IMG/VR virus record: IMGVR_UViG_2737471835_000006
Strand: one strand, 5' to 3'
Source: a virus
Lineage: Duplodnaviria; Heunggongvirae; Uroviricota; Caudoviricetes
Length of the DNA: 53,176 bases
Shown here: positions 47,113 to 53,176 of the stretch, piece after piece
Position numbering within the stretch: position 1 is the stretch's first letter
Layout: the number at the start of each line of letters is the position of its first letter
Notes under the pieces: generated by a model
Told to the model about the DNA's origin: nothing
The model's database searches: none
What the model saw: only the letters and a program-made list of their open reading frames with translations
Program-made: the position numbers and the translations under genes

Positions 47113-48837
47113 TTACATTCTCTCACTACGACATGTTATCAAAAAATAATCTAGTAACACGGGATCTAAAGCATCCAACCTTGGCATTTCAGTAGAGTGA
47201 GAAAAAGTCTGCATTTGCATTTCCTGTCGTATGGATTCCCCATCACCTTGATGTATATAATAAATAGAACTGTTCCCGTATAATAAAATTTTAGGTTTCG
47301 AGAACATTCTAAATAAAGAAAATTCCGATGCTTCTTCGATAGCTTTTTGCATACTTCTGTCAACATTTTTCCAATAAATGCTTAAATTTTCGCTGGGTGC
47401 TTTTAGTTCATTAAGTTCAGATACTTTTTCAATACCAGTCTGATGGAGTTTATACTTTGCAAGCAATCGCTCACATAGATGTTCCTGGATGCCGCTATCA
47501 ATGCATGATTGAAAGAAGCGTTTAAGTTCTCCAGGGTAACTTAAAAGCAAAGGGAAGTACAAAATACCCTCAAGCTTTTCAATTGTGTTTTCCGAAGCCA
47601 CATCTGCAATAGAAAGAATAAATTTTGCAGTTTCAACTGGCCGTGTAAATAACCATCCTATAGCCTTACGACTAATAAAAACTTGCTTTATATCATTATC
47701 CAATAAATCCAATTCCGCCTTTAGTTCAATTTCCTCACCCGTAGCATCATGAAGTAAATCTAAAATACCATGACAAAATTGTTTTTCTCCACCCAGAAGC
47801 CATTTTGTAATGATGTGATTAAGTAGTTCTTGATGCTTACTTATTAATTCATTAGAAAAATAGTCCAGCGATTTAAATGTAACACCTGCTATTAAAGTTG
47901 ACTCCAATAATTCCACAGCAAGCGAGTACTTACTTTTCTCAGCTAACATGACCAATATATAATCAATATTACCTATAATACCTTTATGATCACAGGACAC
48001 ATTAGTTAATTTCTTAAGCATGATATACAGAATACTATCTGGAAGAATCTCCGATTGAAATGCAACAATACTTGAAATTATCTGAAGAACCTCTGTAGAT
48101 TCTCTCTTAACAAAAGCAATTAAAAACTCTTCTATTTGCGGCCAGTAAGATGGAAACCTTTTCCCAAATTGGAGTGCAGACATCAATATCGACGCACAAC
48201 AATCATTATCACTCTCGCTAACACCATTGTTTCTAATTTGCTCCCAAATTAAGTTAGCCTTTGTCTCATCAATATCTAACTGTCCCAAAGTAAAATAGCC
48301 TTGATTTCTGATCATTGCATTTCTATTAGAAATGAGTCTTTCTGTCATCTGGATAGCTGTTATGACACTATCTGCGTCGTAAGCAAGGAGCGAGCTTGAA
48401 AGAAAAGGGGCATATGCATTCAAATCACTTTGTGCAAGGATAAACTCAACACTATCTCTAGAGCGAGATGCTTTCACACTACAGTAACGCTCATAGGCTT
48501 TATAGATTGTACCAATAGTTGCCCCTCTCCCGACCTGTTGCACCAATTGAACCAGACAATGTAGAACATCCTCAATTCTTGCATCTATCAAAGGTAGCGC
48601 TTCTTCAAACGTTTGTAGAATAGTAAAAAAATTACTACCGTAGGATTTTTTATCAATACCTTTTACCATTTTGAGGATATCAATCACACCAGTGTTGTGG
48701 AGTTCAGCTAGCGCTAATGCTAAACTTCTTTCTTCGGTATGTAATTCTTGAGCATATAAATCACAAACTAGAGCAAGCAGATCTTCTGCCGTTTCACTTG
48801 CATTCAGCAACTGGCCTCTTGTTTCTTCTAACGACAT
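47113..48837 (-). CDS. Uncharacterised large alpha-helical protein, first gene of a two-gene operon
   Basis: Start placed at ATG 48837 (MSLEETRGQ) with GAGG about 9 nt upstream; the track's 48852 start is a GTG. No P-loop or other catalytic motif seen; AT-rich. Confidence 0.5.
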   Translation of the reverse strand: MSLEETRGQLLNASETAEDLLALVCDLYAQELHTEERSLALALAELHNTGVIDILKMVKGIDKKSYGSNFFTILQTFEEALPLIDARIEDVLHCLVQLVQQVGRGATIGTIYKAYERYCSVKASRSRDSVEFILAQSDLNAYAPFLSSSLLAYDADSVITAIQMTERLISNRNAMIRNQGYFTLGQLDIDETKANLIWEQIRNNGVSESDNDCCASILMSALQFGKRFPSYWPQIEEFLIAFVKRESTEVLQIISSIVAFQSEILPDSILYIMLKKLTNVSCDHKGIIGNIDYILVMLAEKSKYSLAVELLESTLIAGVTFKSLDYFSNELISKHQELLNHIITKWLLGGEKQFCHGILDLLHDATGEEIELKAELDLLDNDIKQVFISRKAIGWLFTRPVETAKFILSIADVASENTIEKLEGILYFPLLLSYPGELKRFFQSCIDSGIQEHLCERLLAKYKLHQTGIEKVSELNELKAPSENLSIYWKNVDRSMQKAIEEASEFSLFRMFSKPKILLYGNSSIYYIHQGDGESIRQEMQMQTFSHSTEMPRLDALDPVLLDYFLITCRSERM

Positions 48838-49086
48838 ATTCCTTAACCTCACAAAACTGACATTAGATCAATCCGTACTTTGTAAGATTAGAAGAAACAG
48901 GTCAATTGTAACCTCCCCATTTCATACATCTTGATGTTCGCAACTTCCGCCACAGTTCTCGAATCAATGCCATACTGTCATGAAGTTTTGGTAGAAAGAT
49001 ATTTAGGTTCACTCATACCAGAATACGGCAAAATTGATAACGACTATAAATCATTCAATACTCGCACTATCAGAAGTTCACCAGCC

Positions 49087-49131
49087 AACCGCGGCACGTC
49101 CTGCATAGGACGTGTCTGCGGTTTTTCTTTT
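49087..49131 (+). terminator. Strong plus-strand rho-independent terminator with no obvious plus-strand gene
   Basis: Extended stem around CACGTCC-TGCATA-GGACGTG followed by TTTTTCTTTTT. Confidence 0.5.
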
Positions 49132-49135
49132 TCGC

Positions 49136-49720
49136 TTACATTGTGTCTGGTTCTTCCGGCCACTCAATATCAGGTGCAGTTGTTGTATTAACACGGTTCA
49201 GCAACACCCGATACTTCTTCCAGGCTTCCAGCAACGAGGTTTCTTCCTCCGTTGCAATTTCCAGATCTGCAGCATCCTGAAGCGGCGCAATATGCTCACT
49301 GGCTACCTGCATCAGGCTGTTTTTTGTTTCTTCCGCCTCCCGGATCCGGAACAGTTTTTCTGCTTCTGCATCTTTCACCCAGGCTGTGCCGTTCCACTTC
49401 TGATATTCCCCTCCCGGCGACAACCAGGTAACATTTTCCGGTAACGGACCGAGTTCAGAAATAAATAACGCGTCGCCGGAAGCCACGTCATAAACCGTTT
49501 TACCCCGATGGTCTTCAACGAGATGCCACGATGCCTCATCACTGTTGAAAACAGCCACAAAGCCAGCAGGAATATCTGGTGGTGCAATATCGGTACTGTT
49601 TGCTGGCAGACCTGTATGAGGCGGAATATATGCGTCACCTTCACCAATAAATTCATTAGTCCCGACCAGCAGATTATAAATTTTTATGGTCCGTGGTTGT
49701 TCACTCATTCTGAATGCCAT
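49136..49720 (-). CDS. tfa: Tail fiber assembly protein, lambda Tfa
   Basis: 194 aa, near-identical over its length to lambda Tfa as recalled ([18 protein letters not shown] ... [51 protein letters not shown]). Confidence 0.85.
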   Translation of the reverse strand: MAFRMSEQPRTIKIYNLLVGTNEFIGEGDAYIPPHTGLPANSTDIAPPDIPAGFVAVFNSDEASWHLVEDHRGKTVYDVASGDALFISELGPLPENVTWLSPGGEYQKWNGTAWVKDAEAEKLFRIREAEETKNSLMQVASEHIAPLQDAADLEIATEEETSLLEAWKKYRVLLNRVNTTTAPDIEWPEEPDTM

Positions 49721-52700
49721 TATGCAAGCCTCACAATATAGTTAAATGCGATGTTTTTGACGGTGTTTTCCGCATTACCAGCAGCGTTAACGGTGATGGT
49801 GTGTCCATGTGAACCAATCGCAACGGAGTGCGTATGAGCACCAATACCGACAGTATGCGCGTGTGCACCTGCAGATGCTGCTGTGCCGGACAGTGAGTGG
49901 CTATGATTACCATCTGTACTGGTATTAGCTAACCACCCCGTAGACATACCTACTGAGCCTTGTACACCCCAGGTATTTTGACCTGAGCTTGTATAACCAT
50001 ATTGATAAGTATCTTTAAAAACACTGGGGTTAAATCGACGGCCATCTCTATGGCTGTGATTACCAGCTGCATTCGTGCTGCCACTTAAACTATGAGTATG
50101 CGCACCAGTGTTATTCGTGGATTTAGTGCCGTAATCAAACGATGATGTGGTTTTCGTACCCAAATCCGTACTGGATACGCTGGCGCTGTGGGTGTGCGAT
50201 TTAATGCCGTCCTGTTCCTGAGACAATACGGCACGACCACTGGCGGGCTTGCCCTTAATCGTCCAGCCACGCATATCAGGGATCACGCCTGACGGATAAG
50301 CGGCTGCAAGTTTCGGGTAAGCAGATTTGTCAAAAGTCTGCCCCTGCATCAGGGCATAACCAGACGGAACGGTATCTGATGGCCACGGGATTGGTGCGCC
50401 GACTGGGTAGCTTTCTGGTGGAAGATTTTTCGAGGTATAAACTTCTGCCCAGTCTTCCTCAAAACCATAACCGTCTCTTGAAGAACGGTAGAACAGACCA
50501 CCATTTCTGTAATGCGCCTTCATCTGCAGGGTCCGGCAACTTCCGACTCCGGTATAGAAGTTAACCAGAATATAGCTGTCGCCAGAGCGGGTGACATTGT
50601 AAGCGCCTGATTCGGCATTCCATGGAACGCCCCCATCCGCATCGGCATATGTATCCGTTGCCCTTCTGGCAAAAGCAGCCACATGCGCGGCGGTTAAAGT
50701 GATATCAGTAGAACCATCAAATGGAACACCGGATATTTTTCTTGCAGTCTGAAGTTTTGTAGCAGTTGCAGCATTACCAGTGGTGTTCTGATTACCCGTA
50801 GTGTTTACACCTGGAAGGTTAATATTTGCAGAACCGTCGAAAACAACTCCACCGATAGATCTTGCCGTCTGCAATTTCGTGGCTGTACTTGCATTACCAT
50901 TCAATGAACCAGTTAATCCACCTGTAACAGACAACGGACCTGAAACTGTTCCTCCGGTTGTTGGCAGTGCTCCAATATCTGATGGTGTAGGTTTCTGATG
51001 TGAGCTATACATCGTATAAACAACACCATAGGTAACGCTGGAAGGCTTACTCACTGAATATGTTGGCGAGGTATAAACAGAAACTGACGCATTTGCAGTA
51101 CAATCCCAATGGATATTTACACTCGTCGCATAATTGCCAATCTCAACGTAAATATCATATGTATCGCCGGATGTGTTGATCCAGGCGAAATTCGTTAATC
51201 CGACGGCTGTACGCTTCCACAAAGCCCCGGTAATTCCTTTGGGGTTTCCATTGCCTGCTCGTAGAACCAGTTCTGAAATGCCTGCCTGATGTGGGGAGCC
51301 GACGTTGTAACCAGCGCCACCAATCAATGCGATGTAAACGATGGAACTCGCTTGTGGCATGGTAACCGTAGCCAGTTTGAACCACCCAGCCCCGCCAGAG
51401 AAAGACATCGTTACTGAATTTAAAGTACCAATATCTTTCGGCGTTAATGTTATATCCGCAGTCAGTGCTTTTCCGTTAACTTTTCGGTTAGATGGCACCC
51501 TGCTATTCGCATTGTCATTGGCTGCTTTAACTGCTTTTGGCGTTGCGGCCAGCGATTCACTGGTGCTATCAACAGCACTGCTAAGTTTCACAACACCTTT
51601 AGTTGTAAGGCTTGCGTCTTCCATCGCAACTGCACCGGCAATCTCTTCAGCACGATCAGCAGCAGTTTCCGCACGGGTCGCAGCGGATTCAGCAGCAGTT
51701 TTGCTCTGAGATGCTGCCGTCGCACTGCCTGCCGCCTCTGTTGCTTTCGTGGATGCCGTCGCGGCGCTGCCCTTCGCTGCTGACGCCTGTCTGGTCGCCT
51801 CATCTTTTGAAGCAGACGCAGATGATGCCGATGACGCCGCCGAACTGGCGGACGATGCGGCAGCCGTTTTTGAGGATTCTGCGCTGGTTTCCGACGCTTT
51901 CGCGTTCGTCTCGGATGTCTTCGCTGCGGAAGCAGACCTCGCTGCTGCGCTGGCCTGTACAGCGGCTTCGCCAGCCTTCGTTGTGGCTGTTGAAGCGGAC
52001 GATGCAGCACTTTCTGCCGATTTTCCGGCGGCGGTGGCACTGGCTGAGGCCTGCCCGGCACTTGTTGACGCGGCACTGGCAGACGACGCAGCCGCTGTTT
52101 TTGAGCCTGCCGCAGCTGAGGCACTCTGTCCCGCTGCCGTTTCAGAAGCCTTGGCGTTCGTCTCGGACGTTTTTGCCGCCTTCGCAGAATTTGCTGTCGC
52201 CGTTGCCGAGGAAGCTGCGCTGCTGGCGCTCGAGGCTGCGCTCGTTTCTGATGATTTTGCCGCCTCTTTTGAAGCCGACGCATCCCGGGCTGAGGTGGCA
52301 GCTTCTGACGCTTTCGTGGTCGCGGTGGATGCTGAAGTGGCTGCTGATTGTTGTGACGCTGCCGCATTCGTTTCTGACGTTTTTGCCGCAGCGGCACTGG
52401 TGGCCGCCGCGCTTTTTGAGGACTCTGCAGCGGCAGCACTTTTTGATGCTTCAGTGGCCTTTGCTGATGCCGTTCCTGCGCTGGAAGACGCTGACTGAGC
52501 CGACGAAGCGGCCTGTCCGGCTGACGTGCTGGCTGCGCGTGCTGAGCCTGCAGCATCAGTCGCATGGGTTGCCGCCTCACGGGCTGATGTGCTGGCATCG
52601 CCGGCTGACTTCTTCGCGGCTGCCGTGTTCTGTGCCACCGCGGACGCGTTACGCGCCACCTCTTCCACCATCAGTTCAAAACGGCGCAGTGCCTCAGGAC

Positions 52701-52995
52701 GGGCATCATCCTCCGTCATGGCACCGAGAAAATCATTCAGCGTACCGGGTCGGGAATCTTCATACACGGTGATGGTCCCGGCATGTGACGGCGGGAATCC
52801 TTCCACCAACAGAATAACGCTGTACTGACCGTACTCAACGTCCATGCTGTAACGCCCGGCTTCATCCGGATTTTCTGAGGCCAGCGTGTTCACCACCACC
52901 GTGGTGCTGTTACGTTTTGCTTTCAGCTGGATTGTGCAGTTCTGTACCGGTTTTCCTGTGCCGTCTTTCAGTACACCTGAAATCTTTACTGCCAT
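49720..52995 (-). CDS. stf: Side tail fiber protein, lambda Stf family (long form)
   Basis: [27 protein letters not shown]-terminus, Ala/Ser-rich repeats, and His/Gly-rich C-terminal region ending [11 protein letters not shown] as in lambda Stf; ATG start placed 6 nt inside the track ORF (first codon there is GTG). Confidence 0.9.
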   Translation of the reverse strand: MAVKISGVLKDGTGKPVQNCTIQLKAKRNSTTVVVNTLASENPDEAGRYSMDVEYGQYSVILLVEGFPPSHAGTITVYEDSRPGTLNDFLGAMTEDDARPEALRRFELMVEEVARNASAVAQNTAAAKKSAGDASTSAREAATHATDAAGSARAASTSAGQAASSAQSASSSAGTASAKATEASKSAAAAESSKSAAATSAAAAKTSETNAAASQQSAATSASTATTKASEAATSARDASASKEAAKSSETSAASSASSAASSATATANSAKAAKTSETNAKASETAAGQSASAAAGSKTAAASSASAASTSAGQASASATAAGKSAESAASSASTATTKAGEAAVQASAAARSASAAKTSETNAKASETSAESSKTAAASSASSAASSASSASASKDEATRQASAAKGSAATASTKATEAAGSATAASQSKTAAESAATRAETAADRAEEIAGAVAMEDASLTTKGVVKLSSAVDSTSESLAATPKAVKAANDNANSRVPSNRKVNGKALTADITLTPKDIGTLNSVTMSFSGGAGWFKLATVTMPQASSIVYIALIGGAGYNVGSPHQAGISELVLRAGNGNPKGITGALWKRTAVGLTNFAWINTSGDTYDIYVEIGNYATSVNIHWDCTANASVSVYTSPTYSVSKPSSVTYGVVYTMYSSHQKPTPSDIGALPTTGGTVSGPLSVTGGLTGSLNGNASTATKLQTARSIGGVVFDGSANINLPGVNTTGNQNTTGNAATATKLQTARKISGVPFDGSTDITLTAAHVAAFARRATDTYADADGGVPWNAESGAYNVTRSGDSYILVNFYTGVGSCRTLQMKAHYRNGGLFYRSSRDGYGFEEDWAEVYTSKNLPPESYPVGAPIPWPSDTVPSGYALMQGQTFDKSAYPKLAAAYPSGVIPDMRGWTIKGKPASGRAVLSQEQDGIKSHTHSASVSSTDLGTKTTSSFDYGTKSTNNTGAHTHSLSGSTNAAGNHSHRDGRRFNPSVFKDTYQYGYTSSGQNTWGVQGSVGMSTGWLANTSTDGNHSHSLSGTAASAGAHAHTVGIGAHTHSVAIGSHGHTITVNAAGNAENTVKNIAFNYIVRLA

Positions 52996-53003
52996 ATTCA
53001 CCC

Positions 53004-53033
53004 CACAAAAAAGCCCGCCTGAACCGGCGGGCT
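53004..53033 (-). terminator. Rho-independent terminator between lom and stf
   Basis: Stem AGCCCGCC/GGCGGGCT with 6-nt loop; on the minus strand it is followed by UUUUUUG. Confidence 0.5.
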
Positions 53034-53059
53034 GTCATAACACTGTGTTACCTGGCTAA

Positions 53060-53176
53060 TCAGAACTTATAACCGACACCCACGATGAAACCGTCAGTGC
53101 GCCAGTCGCCACTGCCGGAGCCTTCATAAGCAATATCAATGGCCACGGATTCGGTCGGGTTAAACTGCACGCCAGC
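53060..53176 (-). CDS. lom: Lom/Ail/PagC-family outer membrane protein, C-terminal fragment (continues beyond window)
   Basis: Minus-strand translation ends ...AGVQFNPTESVAIDIAYEGSGSGDWRTDGFIVGVGYKF-stop, matching the lambda Lom C-terminus; lies upstream of stf as in lambda. Confidence 0.7.
   Translation of the reverse strand, partial: AGVQFNPTESVAIDIAYEGSGSGDWRTDGFIVGVGYKF

Noticed and set aside
48931-49191. 86-aa plus-strand ORF between the two-gene operon and tfa
   Set aside because: Begins at TTG with no SD and reads straight through the strong terminator hairpin; more likely non-coding.
51588-52772. Long alternative-frame ORFs (336 aa Pro/Arg/Gln-rich on the minus strand, 386 and 249 aa on the plus strand) inside the stf gene
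   Set aside because: They overlap the Ala/Ser-rich repetitive part of stf; low-complexity repeats keep all frames open, and the stf frame matches lambda Stf over its whole length.
1-53176. CRISPR arrays or rRNA genes
   Set aside because: No regularly spaced short direct repeats with unique spacers and no rRNA-like sequence were seen; the only regular repeats are the origin iterons and intragenic fiber repeats.

Overview
The window is almost entirely temperate-phage DNA of enterobacterial (E. coli/Shigella/Salmonella-like) type and appears to span two adjacent prophage regions separated by a truncated tRNA-Ser at 43968-44037. Left region (1-43882) is one mosaic prophage in inverted lambda gene order: a P2-like contractile tail module (gpD, X, U, tape measure, E, tube, sheath, fiber H, I, J, W, V) plus a second Stf-like fiber, a lambda-like head module (FII, FI, capsid E, decoration D, protease C, portal B, W, terminase A and small subunit), a lysis cassette, Q antiterminator, nin-type genes, DnaB-like helicase and O-like initiator with origin iterons, a Cro/XRE-repressor switch, an early-left recombination operon, excisionase and tyrosine integrase. 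Right region (44040-53176) looks like the tail end of a second lambdoid prophage: lom fragment, near-lambda stf and tfa, then an AT-rich two-gene operon and an IS10-like remnant next to the att core. Accessory islands of lower GC hold the candidate new biology: (i) the two-gene operon at 45408-48837 encoding large uncharacterised proteins, one with an Mrr-type restriction-endonuclease-like N-terminus; (ii) a ~3.5 kb cassette bounded by ~75 bp direct repeats that carries a T5orf172/GIY-YIG-type protein; (iii) an ImmA-like metallopeptidase paired with a membrane protein; (iv) a small gene behind a canonical LexA box. All functional calls rest on reading the translations and motifs by eye against remembered family signatures; no database search was run, so novelty cannot be confirmed here.
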